DNA of 64,000 nt from Truepera sp. (GCA_965218435.1 CBDCKW010000009.1:320001-384000); one strand, 5' to 3'; counted from the first letter of the stretch, positions 9,413 to 20,312 are shown. Notes: a model not told the origin generated them from the letters alone. Numbers and translations: made by a program.

Positions 9413-11803
9413 GTGACGGCGACGGCTCAAGAACTTAGAAACCGGCTGCGGGGGCCGCTGACCCTCGAGCTCAGGAGTGGCTGCCAAGATACAGCTGTTC
9501 GGGGCGGGCTCGAGCGCCTGTTAGAAACTGTCGGCGGACCGTTTGGCGATGTGCGGGCCTTGATGGACGGTTACAGTGCACTCTCGCCCGGTGAACGTGA
9601 AGAGAAGCTCGAGCAAGCCCTGACCCTCCTCGGCCCACCCGAAGCCCCGGTTTTTACGCCTGAAACTGCACCGTCAGCAAAGCCTCCGAAAAGAACGGTT
9701 GCGCCTGCACCTACGGTCGCGGCACCAGCGGCGGAATTCGTCAGTGCCCAGCTCGACGCTGAGTTTGACACTAGCGTTCTCAACGTCGGCCAGAACGCCG
9801 TAAAAAAACTCGCGCCGCTGGGTCTTAAAACCTACCGCGATCTCCTCTTTTACTACCCCAAACGCTACGAAGACCGCCGCGCGTTGCCAAGTTTTTCGGC
9901 GCTCGGTGAGCAAGAATCGGTCACGGTTATCGGGACGATTACCGGGCGCAAACTGACACGGGCGCGAAGCGGCATGACGGTCGTGCGGGCGTTTTTAGAA
10001 GATGCGCACGGGGCGCGGCTCACGGTGGTGTGGTTTAACCAGGCGTGGCTCGAGAAACAACTCTTTCCCGGTCAGCGCATCGTTGTGACGGGCAAGGTCA
10101 AACGGCGCGGCAGCGTGGTCGAGCTCTCAGCGGCGCATCATGAAATTGACGATGACGCCGAGTCCCTCTCAGCGGGGCGGATCGTCGGGGTGTACGGCAG
10201 CACGCAGGGTTTGAGCCAAGCGTATGTGCGGCGGGCGGCGCGAAGGCTGTTAGACGCGCTTCAACTCGCGCCGGACCATCTGCCGAAAAGTATTGTTGAA
10301 CGCTTCCACCTGATTTCGTTAGATGAAGCCTTGCGCGAAGTCCATTTTCCCACGGGCGAAAAGGCGCTTTCGGCAGCCCTACGGCGCTTAAAGTTCGACG
10401 AGTTTTTGTTTCTCGAGCTGCGCGTCTTGTTAAACCGCGATACGGCTTTGGTCGGTAAACAGTTTAAGGTCAAGCAAAAAGATATTGCGACGTTTGCCTC
10501 GAGCCTGCCTTTCAAGCTCACCAACGCGCAAAGCCGTGTCTTAGATGAAATCTTGAGCGATATGAAAAATCCCAAACAGATGGCGCGGCTGTTGCAAGGT
10601 GATGTGGGGTCGGGTAAAACGGCGGTGGCGGCGGCAGCGGCGTACATCGCCGTAAAAAACGGCTTTCAGGCCGCGCTCATGGCTCCGACTGAAATCCTGG
10701 CGCGGCAGCACTACCTGAACCTGATGCAATATCTGCAACCACTCGGCGTCACCTGCGACCTCTTTATCGGCTCGTCGGGGTTTCGGGAGCGGCGTGAGGC
10801 GCGGGAGCGGTTGCAATCATCGCAAACGGACCTTGCAGTCGGGACGCACGCACTGATTCAAGAGGGCGTCAAGTTTCGCAATCTGGGCCTAGCCATTGTA
10901 GACGAAGAGCATCGTTTCGGCGTCGAGCAGCGGCGCAAACTTTTAGGCAACAGCCCGGATGTACTGGTCATGAGCGCCACGCCGATTCCGCGCTCGCTAG
11001 CCTTGACGTATTACGGCGACCTCGAGCTGAGCATCATTGACGAACTTCCGCCCGGTCGTCAGGGTATCGAAACCCGTTTGGTGGGTGACGCCAAACGCCG
11101 CGACGTGTACCGCTTTGCCTGGGGTGAGATTCAAAAGGGGCGGCAGGTCTATCTGGTGACGCCGCTGATCGAAGAGAGCGAAGCCGAGGTGATGAGCGAA
11201 ATCATGTCGGCCACGCAGATGTATGACGACCTTAAGGCCATCATGCCCGAGGGCTGCCGGATTGCGCTCTTACACGGCAAGCTGACGGGGCAGGAAAAAG
11301 ACGAGGTGATGGAGGCGTTTCGCCGCCGTGAGTACGACCTGCTCGTCTCGACCACCGTCATCGAGGTCGGGGTAGACATTCCGAACGCCAGCGTGATGAT
11401 TATTGAGAATGCTGAACGCTTCGGGTTGTCGCAGCTGCATCAGCTCCGGGGCCGGGTCGGGCGTGGGGAGCACTCGAGCTACTGCATCTTGGTTGCGGGC
11501 GACCGCTCGAAAAAGACGCAGCAGCGCCTCGGCGTGATCGAAAAAAATTCGGATGGGTTTTTAATTGCCGAAAAAGATTTGGAGCTGCGCGGCCCCGGTG
11601 AACTGCGCGGGACGCGGCAGTCGGGGATGCCGGATTTGGTGTTGGGCGATTTGGCGCAGGACACTGAAATCATTGAGCACTCGAGGGATTTGGCAAAGCG
11701 GATGTTAGAAGCTGACCCGAAGTTGGAAGCGTCTTGGGCGGTAAGGCTGCGCGAAGAACTCAAACGCCGGAGCCGTGCGGTAGCGTTCCGGGAGATTATC
11801 TGA
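9413..11803 (+). CDS. recG: ATP-dependent DNA helicase RecG
   Basis: Wedge domain, GDVGSGKT, DEEH, SATPIPR, QLRGRVGRG, TRG motif DLELRGPGE. Confidence 0.98.
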   Translation: MTATAQELRNRLRGPLTLELRSGCQDTAVRGGLERLLETVGGPFGDVRALMDGYSALSPGEREEKLEQALTLLGPPEAPVFTPETAPSAKPPKRTVAPAPTVAAPAAEFVSAQLDAEFDTSVLNVGQNAVKKLAPLGLKTYRDLLFYYPKRYEDRRALPSFSALGEQESVTVIGTITGRKLTRARSGMTVVRAFLEDAHGARLTVVWFNQAWLEKQLFPGQRIVVTGKVKRRGSVVELSAAHHEIDDDAESLSAGRIVGVYGSTQGLSQAYVRRAARRLLDALQLAPDHLPKSIVERFHLISLDEALREVHFPTGEKALSAALRRLKFDEFLFLELRVLLNRDTALVGKQFKVKQKDIATFASSLPFKLTNAQSRVLDEILSDMKNPKQMARLLQGDVGSGKTAVAAAAAYIAVKNGFQAALMAPTEILARQHYLNLMQYLQPLGVTCDLFIGSSGFRERREARERLQSSQTDLAVGTHALIQEGVKFRNLGLAIVDEEHRFGVEQRRKLLGNSPDVLVMSATPIPRSLALTYYGDLELSIIDELPPGRQGIETRLVGDAKRRDVYRFAWGEIQKGRQVYLVTPLIEESEAEVMSEIMSATQMYDDLKAIMPEGCRIALLHGKLTGQEKDEVMEAFRRREYDLLVSTTVIEVGVDIPNASVMIIENAERFGLSQLHQLRGRVGRGEHSSYCILVAGDRSKKTQQRLGVIEKNSDGFLIAEKDLELRGPGELRGTRQSGMPDLVLGDLAQDTEIIEHSRDLAKRMLEADPKLEASWAVRLREELKRRSRAVAFREII

Positions 11804-11870
11804 GGGGTGGGCGCGTTGCTTCGGCTTGGGTCTGTGGTCTCTTATGCAGGTGCTTCAGTGATAACCGTGT

Positions 11871-12848
11871 CTACGCGCATTCCCCTCGGCTGAGCGTTTC
11901 AGTGCGCCGACTTAACGCTACAAGCGCCGTTTGTAACTCGGGTGGTTCAAGCACTTTCACGGGGAAGGGAAACTCTAACAAATATAGGGCCACGCGCCAA
12001 AGCCATTTCGGAGGGGTTATCCGCGTGAGCAGGATGCCATCATCGTAAGGTTCAAGCATGGCAATGTACGAGGGGATGTGCTTACTGGCTTCTAAGAGCG
12101 TGGTTTGTAACCAGATACGGCAGGTGACGCTACCAGGAGACGGTGCTTGGGCCAGTGAATCACTTATGACCTTAAAAGCGTCAAAGGTTCCGGATAATTC
12201 AAAGTTTTCATCTGTGGCTTTTAATATCTCGAGCCTGTCTAGCCTGAAAGTGCGAACGTCTTTTCGTAAGTAACAGTAGCCTGCCACGTACCAGTGTTTA
12301 TTGACATGCACGACGCCGTAAGGGTCAAGCTTGCGATAGGTAAAGCCGCTGCTACGCGAACGGTAACGTACCTCGAGCCGTTGGCGCTGCTGCACGGCTT
12401 CCGATACATCAAGGACTGTGCTACTCCCTATTTGTTCTACTGCCAAGTTTTCTGTAGGTTCGGTTGTAAGCGTTTGGAGAACTGAGTCTATCCGCTCACC
12501 GAGTTTTTCGGTGAGGACGTGTTCGAGTCGTCTAAACGCACTCGCGGCGGCCTTGGCAAGCTGAGGATTCCCCATCTGCTGCGTTTGTTTAAGCCCCAGC
12601 GCCAACACCAACGCCTCGTCATCGGTAAACCGCACCGCTTGAAGCAGGGCTCCTTTCAATAGTTTGACGCCACCGTTACGTCCAGGCAGTATTTCTAAAT
12701 CAATATTCAAGTCTTGCAACCGTATCAGATCACGCCGGATGGTGCGTTCACTTACGCCGAAATGTTCTGCCAGTGCTTGAGTCGTCAGCTTCTGTTGACC
12801 TTGCAACAGCTCGACGATGGTAAAAAGTCTATCCGTTAGACCGTTCAT
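11871..12848 (-). CDS. YafY-type HTH-WYL-WCX transcriptional regulator
   Basis: HTH LAEHFGVSERTIRRDL; WYL region LDPYGVV...WYVAGYCYLRKDVRTFRLDR; start taken at MNGLTDR (uncertain). Confidence 0.92.
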   Translation of the reverse strand: MNGLTDRLFTIVELLQGQQKLTTQALAEHFGVSERTIRRDLIRLQDLNIDLEILPGRNGGVKLLKGALLQAVRFTDDEALVLALGLKQTQQMGNPQLAKAAASAFRRLEHVLTEKLGERIDSVLQTLTTEPTENLAVEQIGSSTVLDVSEAVQQRQRLEVRYRSRSSGFTYRKLDPYGVVHVNKHWYVAGYCYLRKDVRTFRLDRLEILKATDENFELSGTFDAFKVISDSLAQAPSPGSVTCRIWLQTTLLEASKHIPSYIAMLEPYDDGILLTRITPPKWLWRVALYLLEFPFPVKVLEPPELQTALVALSRRTETLSRGECA

Positions 12849-12879
12849 CTTAAAAAGCATCATAACCAAAGATGGTCCT

Positions 12880-12906
12880 AAACCCGGTCAGCTCATGTCC
12901 GGGTTT
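12880..12906. promoter_or_regulatory. Palindromic operator candidate for the WYL regulator
   Basis: AAACCCGG-N11-CCGGGTTT with perfect 8-bp arms in the divergent intergenic region. Confidence 0.65.
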
Positions 12907-12951
12907 GTCGTTATGCTTTTTACGGAGGATAAGCCTCGGAAGGAGAAACTC

Positions 12952-13206
12952 ATGAAACTCAATCCCAACGCTATAGAAGAGTTGCGTTCTCAATTTGACT
13001 ATGACAAAACGTTACCCCTAAACGTCGAAGAACACGGCACACAAACAAGAAATGGCGTCTCTGCTCTTGACCTAAGCTATGCCAGCCCCATACACGGCAA
13101 GGTCAAAGCCTATTGGGTTGCACCGTCTGAGGGAGAAAAGGTTGCGGGTCTACTTTTTGTACATCCAGGGCCAGGAGACCGCACTATTCACCAACGACCT
13201 ATGTGA
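12952..13206 (+). pseudogene. 5' fragment of an alpha/beta hydrolase (acetyl-xylan esterase/dienelactone hydrolase-like)
   Basis: AGGAG RBS then FDYDKTLPL...LSYAS..GKVKAYWVAP.....GLLFVHPGPG; ends before any nucleophile elbow. Confidence 0.7.
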
Positions 13207-13356
13207 CTTCGCTACGCTGCGTGCTTAAAACCCCAAAATCTGCTTGGGCGTTCGGCTTCTGCGCCGCCGGACACACCAGTTGCGGCACAGCTACGTCACC
13301 GTAATGCCGTAGTCACGTTACAGTCAGGCGTTGTATGCTCGAGCCGGTACCCCGTT

Positions 13357-13812
13357 ATGACCCTCCTTCTACGCCTCGGCTTTCTCTTCATCCTCGCCGG
13401 TTTTATTCTTGGTCTCCTGCTGCGCCGTGTCTACCCGGAAAAGACACCTGAGGCCGTCGTCATCTCAGCACTGCCGTGGGCTGTCCACCTGATCTACGCG
13501 CTCAGCTGGGCCGTCAGCGTTTACCAAGCAGTCGTCGGCGCGGTTATCTTTGGCGTTTTAGACGTTGCGCTGGCTGCCCTTAGCTTCCGTTTGGGACCGC
13601 GTTTTTACCGTCATGATAGACGCCGCGCTGGACTCATACCACTTTTTTTGTTGGCAGGTCACAGCCTCATCTTAGGTATCTGGGTGCTTTTTACCGAGGT
13701 CTCGTTCGGGACGCTGCCGAACCTTTACTTCGTCGCTGCGACGCTGTTCGTCTCAGCGGGGCTGTTGACTTACGGGTTGCCGCTGCCTAAGGGGATCGTC
13801 AGGCGGCGCTAA
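13357..13812 (+). CDS. Hypothetical membrane protein (about 5 TM)
   Basis: Alternating hydrophobic segments, 151 aa. Confidence 0.75.
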   Translation: MTLLLRLGFLFILAGFILGLLLRRVYPEKTPEAVVISALPWAVHLIYALSWAVSVYQAVVGAVIFGVLDVALAALSFRLGPRFYRHDRRRAGLIPLFLLAGHSLILGIWVLFTEVSFGTLPNLYFVAATLFVSAGLLTYGLPLPKGIVRRR

Positions 13813-13886
13813 ACGTTCATCGCTGCAGCGTGTAGACGGTAGTTATGCCGGTCTCAGCCTCGAGACAAGGCGCTGAAGCCCGCGCC

Positions 13887-16412
13887 TCAACCTGATTCAC
13901 CGCTCTTGTTTAGCCCTAAAAAGCGCTCGAGAAGGTTTGCCCGCCAGACGGCCCGAACGAGAAAAAACCACACGATCACTAAACCCATCAGACCCAGATT
14001 GATCAAAAACGGTTTGACGAAAATACCGAAATAGTACCCCAGCGGGCCGACCGACCAGACGATCCAAAAGAGGACAAAAAGCCCGGCAGCCAGCAGAGCC
14101 GGGCGTTTATCCGGGCTGACCTCTTTGCGCCACCCCAAAAAGAAGCGGCTGGGCGGTTCTAGAAACAAGATAATCACGCAGGCGACCCACGAGATGAAGA
14201 TAGATACGCTTCCTTGGGCCAGTACAGTCGCCACGGTGTTGCGGTACGCCGCGTTCTCAGCCGAAACGCCGGTGTACGACTCGAAGACCTGCCTGGCCCG
14301 CGCTGCGTTCACCCCGGTCAGCGGGACATTGAGTAAAAAGTTGTAATCGGCCGTGTAGATACTTACCGCTATCAGCATGGCAATAATGGCAGCCGGAAAG
14401 ACGAACCGCATCAAAGAACCCAAAAGGTTCGCCTCTAGCTGCTGCGGACGCGCCCACAACGTTAAAAAAAAGGCGGGTACGGCGACCGTAAAGGTGGTCA
14501 GCGCCACCTGAGCCGGATCGAAGGGGAAATCAAGCCCGACCATCGTTACCGCGATGATAATGAGGGCGGTCGTAGCGACGCGGGTCAAAAACAGATAGAG
14601 CGCGCTAGAGAGCCCACCGATAATCCGCCTACCCTCGTGAAACGCTGGGCGCAGCGCCGCAAACGAATCCTCCAACAAGATCATGTCGGCCACGTTTTGT
14701 GCGGCGCTGCTGCCGCTTTGCATGGCAATCCCGAGCGAAGCTTTTTTAAGCGCCAGTACGTCGTTAACCCCGTCGCCCAGCATCGCGACGCGCTTGCCCC
14801 GCCTGAGCAGCGCCTCGACGAGTTGGGTTTTTTGCTCCGGGGTGACGCGGCCAAAGATAGTCGCGTCACCTGCAGCCTGAGCAAAGTCGCTTGGACTCAT
14901 TAAGGCTAATTCCGGGCCGGATACAAGGACCCCTTCAGGAAACCCCACCTGTTTAGCGAGGGCGGCGACCGTCTGCGGGTCGTCCCCGGAGATGACTTTT
15001 AGCTCGAGGCCTAACTCTCTAAACGCAGCGAGGGTTTCTTTCGCGTCGGGGCGCAGTTCGTCACGAAAACTGACGAGCAGCAAAGGGATTAGCGGCGGCA
15101 ACTGCGGCTGCCCCTGTTCGTCGTGCAAATGGGTGACCTCTGGGCTATACGCGAATAGCAAGACGCGCAGACCCTGTCCCGACCAAGCCCCGGCCTGCCG
15201 GGAGAGCGGCGACTCGGGGGTGACGGTAGCCGGGGGCAGATAAGGCTCGAGCAGCTCGGGCGCGCCCAGCACGTAGACCCCGCGCCGCGCCGACTGGTCA
15301 AAAGCCAGCGCGCTCCACTTGCGGGCAGAGTTAAAGGGCACGTCGGCAACGGTCGGACGGGCTTCGCCCGGGACACCGGCGGCGACAGCTTCACCGGTTT
15401 TGTTTTGCGCTGAGCTGCTCCGCACGAAATCGCCGAGTTGGGCTCTAAGCGCCCCTAGCGGCGCGTCGTGGAGTGGGTAGATAGCGTCTAGGACCAGCCG
15501 GTTGGCCGTCAACGTGCCGGTTTTGTCCATGCAGACTATATCAACCGTGCCCAGCGACTCGACGGCGTTAATCTGCTGCACCAGCGCCCCTCGCTTGGCT
15601 ATCGCCGAAGCGCCCAGCGCGTAGGCCACCACGGTCATTAAAAACAGGCCGTACGGGACTTGACCGCTTAGCACGGCGGCAATCTGCACCAGGCGCACGG
15701 TCGGTAACCCCTCGAGCAAGCCGGAGAGCAAGATAATAATGCTCATAACGACGACGACCAGCATCACGACCCGGACGACCAGCTCGATCTCGCGTTGCAG
15801 CGGCGTCTGCGTCACCTGAAACTGACGCGCTGTCGCGGTGAGGCGATTGGCGAAGCTGTCGGACCCCATCTTTCGGGCTTCAAAGTACCCCGTACCGGTT
15901 ACGCAAAAACTACCTGAGAAGAGTTCGTCCCCGGCCTCCTTACGGACGAGGTCCGATTCGCCGGTCAGCAGCGACTCGTCAAGCTCGAGCGCGCCGCTCC
16001 CAAGCATCACTCCGTCTACCACGATTTGGTCACCCGCACTGACCTTGACAACGTCGCCCCTGACCAGTTCAGCCGGGGCGACGACTTTTTCCCGGCCTTC
16101 ACGGATCACTGTGACCTTCGGATCGGCGATCAGGGCGATCCGGTCTAGATGGCGCTTCGCCCTGACCTCCTGAGCGGTGCTGATCAGGGCGTTGACGAGA
16201 CCGATGCCTGCGCTAACCACCGCGTCGTTTACGCGCCCCAAAGCTAACAGGGCGACGCCGATGGCGAACAAGATGGTGTTAAACCAGTTAAACAAGTTCG
16301 AGCGGATGATATGCCAGTAGGTACGGCTGGGGCGGATACTGACGTCGTTGCCTTCGCCGCGTCCACGCCGAAGGCTCACCTCACGCTCTGTCAGACCTTG
16401 GCTGGGTAGCAT
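13887..16412 (-). CDS. Cation-transporting P-type ATPase (CtpE-like)
   Basis: LTGES, DKTGT phosphorylation site, SGDD, GDGVND; AGGAG RBS. Confidence 0.95.
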   Translation of the reverse strand: MLPSQGLTEREVSLRRGRGEGNDVSIRPSRTYWHIIRSNLFNWFNTILFAIGVALLALGRVNDAVVSAGIGLVNALISTAQEVRAKRHLDRIALIADPKVTVIREGREKVVAPAELVRGDVVKVSAGDQIVVDGVMLGSGALELDESLLTGESDLVRKEAGDELFSGSFCVTGTGYFEARKMGSDSFANRLTATARQFQVTQTPLQREIELVVRVVMLVVVVMSIIILLSGLLEGLPTVRLVQIAAVLSGQVPYGLFLMTVVAYALGASAIAKRGALVQQINAVESLGTVDIVCMDKTGTLTANRLVLDAIYPLHDAPLGALRAQLGDFVRSSSAQNKTGEAVAAGVPGEARPTVADVPFNSARKWSALAFDQSARRGVYVLGAPELLEPYLPPATVTPESPLSRQAGAWSGQGLRVLLFAYSPEVTHLHDEQGQPQLPPLIPLLLVSFRDELRPDAKETLAAFRELGLELKVISGDDPQTVAALAKQVGFPEGVLVSGPELALMSPSDFAQAAGDATIFGRVTPEQKTQLVEALLRRGKRVAMLGDGVNDVLALKKASLGIAMQSGSSAAQNVADMILLEDSFAALRPAFHEGRRIIGGLSSALYLFLTRVATTALIIIAVTMVGLDFPFDPAQVALTTFTVAVPAFFLTLWARPQQLEANLLGSLMRFVFPAAIIAMLIAVSIYTADYNFLLNVPLTGVNAARARQVFESYTGVSAENAAYRNTVATVLAQGSVSIFISWVACVIILFLEPPSRFFLGWRKEVSPDKRPALLAAGLFVLFWIVWSVGPLGYYFGIFVKPFLINLGLMGLVIVWFFLVRAVWRANLLERFLGLNKSGESG

Positions 16413-16456
16413 GTTCTCCTATTATCGTTACTGAGTTTTGCACCGCGGTGCTCGGC

Positions 16457-16543
16457 GGTAGAGCTTGGTACCGTGCTTGACACCACAGTACTTGGTCTCA
16501 CAGTACTTGGCCTCATAAAGCTCGGTATCACAGTACTCTGGAT
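16457..16543. repeat. Degenerate 15-bp tandem array upstream of the P-type ATPase
   Basis: CACAGTACTTGGTCT / CACAGTACTTGGCCT / CATAAAGCTCGGTAT / CACAGTACTCTGGAT plus more diverged units. Confidence 0.7.
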
Positions 16544-16658
16544 CGTACGCTGAACCCGGCTTACGGCGCTACTGTAAAAGACTCCCGTAGTGATTCTCAC
16601 GGGGTTGAACTTATAAGCGGGTTGAACTTGTAAGCCCACTTCGGGACCAGACACCCGG

Positions 16659-18518
16659 TTACAAACCCCCTAGCGCCTCCATCAATCTGTACTTACGTTT
16701 GTGCTTTTCGCGTATAGCCGCAATATAAGCCCGCCATTCGGTCTCTCGTCTGCTCGCACCATACGCCGTTTTCGCGTAGCCCAACCAATGTGCGGCGCTG
16801 TCGTAATGGTTTGAGCGGCCCCCGTCCATAATCGGCTCGGCCTTCCCGCGTGCAGTGGTGACGACCCACGGCGCGTGCGTGTCCATCACCGCGCTCATCA
16901 CCTTTTGCAGCAAAGTATCGTCGCTGGAAAACCTCGAGGCTATCCTCACCGCGTCAGCCGCCAAGCCTTCTTTTAGAAAAATATCCGCCGCCGCGTAGCG
17001 GTTCGGATAGTCCGCCTGCCGTAAACCTTCGAGGAGTTTCGCCTGAACGCGCGGCCAATCTGCGCCGACGAGCTTTTGCAACGCGTCGTAACGAGGCAAA
17101 CTCGCTGAGAGTTCAAACTCGATCAGGCTGGCGTCTAGCGTAGCTTGGTAGTTACTCAAACGGCTCGCCAAGTCTTTGGTAAACGAGGCGAGGGCGAGGC
17201 GGTCGCTTTGTCCATGATCTGTGCTGAGGAAACCTAACCCAAGCTCCCGCAAGCGGTCGTTTTGCACCGAACTGCGCTGAGTTGTACTTTGCGCTAAACC
17301 GTACTGCGCCACCTCTAGAGCTGCTTCAGGATGTGCGTCGGCGAGCCCTTGCGCTACCGAGAGCGCGTCTCGCTCGTTTTTAAGCTGCTCCCGGTACTCG
17401 CGCATGACCTGACTCAGTTTTCCCTGCTCCAGCAGCACGCCCAGATACCCCGCGCCCTGGCCGGTCGTTTTGGCAAACGCTAACGCCTCGTCGCTCCGGC
17501 CCGTTTCCCGCAGCACCCGCAGACGAATCTCTGAATACGCGTTACCGGGCTCGAGCCGCGCCACCTCAGCGAGCAGTTCTTCGGTCTCTTCGTCCCTGGT
17601 CTCAAAGCCCTGGGCCAGCGCGTGCGCCGCCATGCTGAGGCTCGGACTCGTCCATTCGTTGCCGATCTGGTCGTTCCAGGCGAAGACCTCGTAAAGCAGT
17701 CGTTTACGCTCGGCGTCGTTTAACGGTAGACCCAAAACGGCTTCGGTCAGACACTTGTCGAATTCGTCAAAAATTCCCTCGTCACTAAAGCCGATGTTGT
17801 CGTGCTCATTCATCTCGCTGCTGTTCACTTCGCTGATAAAGGTGTTGATCAGAGCACAAGTGAGCGCCAGCGCGTCCCGGTAAGCCGCGCGTTCTAAAAA
17901 CGGTTGGAGCTCTGCTATCACCCCGTAGGCTTCGTCATATTCGGGAAAGCCGTCCCAGTCTTGCCCCGCGCTGCGCACCGCCGTCTGCATCAGCTTTTCA
18001 AAAAGGTGAGTGTCTACCGTAATCTCAGCGGGAGGCGTGCTGTTCGGCTCCGGGTTGGAGACATGTTTGGCTTGGTTTTTACGGCCTAGTTGCGCTTTTT
18101 GCAGATAAAGCTCGAGTTCGTCACTCATCTCCGGGTGAAGCATCAGCAGGTGGTCTAACGCGCCGCGCAGGTCTTTTTCACCTAACGGTTCCAAGAGTTC
18201 GCCGACGCTGGCCTCGCTGACGATGTGTTCGGGCCAAAAGTAGTACTCGAGCGCCACCGCCGCGATATGTTTGCAAAGCTCGCCAAAGTTCTCGCCGTAA
18301 GGACAGGTGCAGTCGGCGTTCTCGAGGTCATCTTCAGAAAGCGTGAGCGTCACCCGGTAGGGCCGGTTATCGCTGCCCTGCACGCCCGCTGAAACCGTGT
18401 TGCTGCGCAGCGTGAGGTTCAAAACTTCGCCGCTCCGCTGATACTGTTGCCCGCGCTCAAAGATGTGCGGCGGGAAGTGCTCGCGGAGCCGTTGCAAGTT
18501 GAGGGTGGGCCGTTCCAT
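16659..18518 (-). CDS. SWIM zinc-finger protein with helical C-terminal region
   Basis: FERGQQY...VQGS...YRV...CTCP...CKHIAAV. Confidence 0.9.
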   Translation of the reverse strand: MERPTLNLQRLREHFPPHIFERGQQYQRSGEVLNLTLRSNTVSAGVQGSDNRPYRVTLTLSEDDLENADCTCPYGENFGELCKHIAAVALEYYFWPEHIVSEASVGELLEPLGEKDLRGALDHLLMLHPEMSDELELYLQKAQLGRKNQAKHVSNPEPNSTPPAEITVDTHLFEKLMQTAVRSAGQDWDGFPEYDEAYGVIAELQPFLERAAYRDALALTCALINTFISEVNSSEMNEHDNIGFSDEGIFDEFDKCLTEAVLGLPLNDAERKRLLYEVFAWNDQIGNEWTSPSLSMAAHALAQGFETRDEETEELLAEVARLEPGNAYSEIRLRVLRETGRSDEALAFAKTTGQGAGYLGVLLEQGKLSQVMREYREQLKNERDALSVAQGLADAHPEAALEVAQYGLAQSTTQRSSVQNDRLRELGLGFLSTDHGQSDRLALASFTKDLASRLSNYQATLDASLIEFELSASLPRYDALQKLVGADWPRVQAKLLEGLRQADYPNRYAAADIFLKEGLAADAVRIASRFSSDDTLLQKVMSAVMDTHAPWVVTTARGKAEPIMDGGRSNHYDSAAHWLGYAKTAYGASRRETEWRAYIAAIREKHKRKYRLMEALGGL

Positions 18519-18710
18519 GCCGTTAAGTTTAGTGGGCGTGATGACGAGCAGATGAGAGTAAGCGTTTTACTTTTTGCTCACCCTGTCGCTGCTAGTTCGG
18601 TACAGCTTGAAGCCGAGCAGGTCAACCTACCGCAGACTTATGGGCAACAGCTCGCTATTCCCTAACGTAAAGGCCGCTTAAGGTGAGCAGACAGGGTATA
18701 GTTCGCGGGT

Positions 18711-20285
18711 ATGGCGTACAAAGTCCTCGTTACAGATACGATTCAACTCGGCGATAAAACTTACGACAATATCCAGGTGGACTACCGCGAAGGGATTTCG
18801 CGGGCTGACCTGATAGAGATCGTTGGCGGCTACGACGCGATCATTACCCGGAGCCGCACGCAAGTAGATGACGCGCTGATTCGCGCTGCAAAGAGCCTCA
18901 AGGTCATCGGGCGGGGCGGCGTCGGGGTGGACAATATTGATTTGGAGGCCGCGTCGCGCCGAGGTATCTTGGTCTTAAACGCGCCCGAATCGAACAATGT
19001 GTCGGCGGCGGAGCTGGCCATTGCGCTGATGCTCGCGGCGGCGCGGGGTGTCAGCCGGTCGGACAAACAGATTCGTTCGGGGACCTGGGACCGCAAATTT
19101 TTGGGCCGTGAAGCGAAAGATGCGACGCTCGGGATCGTCGGGCTCGGGCGGATCGGGTCACTGGTCTCGAGGCGGGCGCAGGGGCTCGGGATGACGGTAT
19201 TAGCGTATGACCCGTATATCTCTCGGCAACGGGCCGCCGACCTCAAGGTCGAACTTATGGACGATTTAGGCGAGATGCTCTCGCGCTCGAACTTCGTCAC
19301 CGTGCATACCCCGCTGACCGAAGAGACGCAGGGCATCATCGGGGCGGCAGAGTTGGCGCGGCTGCCGCAGGATGCGGTGGTGGTGAACGCGGCGCGGGGC
19401 GGCATCATTGATGAGGCGGCCTTGCTCGAGGCCCTCACTGAAAAACGTCTCTTCGGGGCCGGGTTAGACGTGTATGTGCTCGAGCCCCCCTCACCCGACA
19501 ACCCCCTGTTAGCCCTCGATAACGTCGTCCTGACCGCACACTTAGGCGCAAACACCGCCGAAGCGCAAGCGCGGGTCGGTGCAGAGATTTTAGAACGCAC
19601 CGCGCTGGCTCTAAACGGTGACCTCTCGCGCGGCGCAGTCAACGCGCCCGCTTTAGCCCCCGATGTGATGGCGGTGCTGGGGCCGTACCTCAAACTCGGT
19701 GAGGCTTTGGGCAAGCTCGTGGCGCAGCTCTCGCTGGGCCGGATGCGCGAGTTGCAAATTGAGTTCTCCGGGACGTTTCCCCGTGACCCCGATCCGGTGG
19801 CGATTGCGGTTACCAAAGGGCTGTTAGAACCCATCTTGGACGAAGCGCCCAACTACATCAATGCGCCCTCGATTGCCAAAGAGCGCGACATCCGCGTCTC
19901 GAAAGTCACCGCGTCGCGGAGTCGCGGCTACACCTCGCACGTCCACGTCAAACTCACGACCGACGAGGGCAGTTTTAGTGTCGGCGGAACGGTTTTGGGG
20001 ACAGAACCGCGGATCGTCTCGGTTGACGATTACCCCATCGAACTGCGGCCCGAAGGGACGATGCTCATCTGCACGAACTACGACCGCCCCGGCGCAGTCG
20101 GTAAGGTCGGGACGGTTTTGGGGGACGCAGGTGTGAACATCTCCGGGATGCAGCTCTCGAGAGTTGGCGATGACGGCTTTGCGATCTTTGCGCTGGGTCT
20201 CGACCATGAGCCGCCGGAGAGTGTGTTAGAGGTGCTGCGCGGTCTGCCGAACGTCTTGGCGAGCCTGACGGTAGTAAGACTTTAA
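18711..20285 (+). CDS. serA: D-3-phosphoglycerate dehydrogenase
   Basis: GRGGVGVDNID, GLGRIG, NAARGG, HLGANT; C-terminal ASB and ACT (DRPG) domains. Confidence 0.97.
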   Translation: MAYKVLVTDTIQLGDKTYDNIQVDYREGISRADLIEIVGGYDAIITRSRTQVDDALIRAAKSLKVIGRGGVGVDNIDLEAASRRGILVLNAPESNNVSAAELAIALMLAAARGVSRSDKQIRSGTWDRKFLGREAKDATLGIVGLGRIGSLVSRRAQGLGMTVLAYDPYISRQRAADLKVELMDDLGEMLSRSNFVTVHTPLTEETQGIIGAAELARLPQDAVVVNAARGGIIDEAALLEALTEKRLFGAGLDVYVLEPPSPDNPLLALDNVVLTAHLGANTAEAQARVGAEILERTALALNGDLSRGAVNAPALAPDVMAVLGPYLKLGEALGKLVAQLSLGRMRELQIEFSGTFPRDPDPVAIAVTKGLLEPILDEAPNYINAPSIAKERDIRVSKVTASRSRGYTSHVHVKLTTDEGSFSVGGTVLGTEPRIVSVDDYPIELRPEGTMLICTNYDRPGAVGKVGTVLGDAGVNISGMQLSRVGDDGFAIFALGLDHEPPESVLEVLRGLPNVLASLTVVRL

Positions 20286-20312
20286 TGGTGCGGCGCTGAT
20301 GGGTTTGAACTG

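Noticed and set aside
16659..18518. SWIM protein as part of a SWIM-SNF2 or defence module
   Set aside because: No helicase or nuclease partner is adjacent.
18830..19852. 340-aa minus-strand ORF, and similar long antisense ORFs over mreB, smc and the ABC genes
   Set aside because: Typical antisense frames of GC-rich genes; no motifs.
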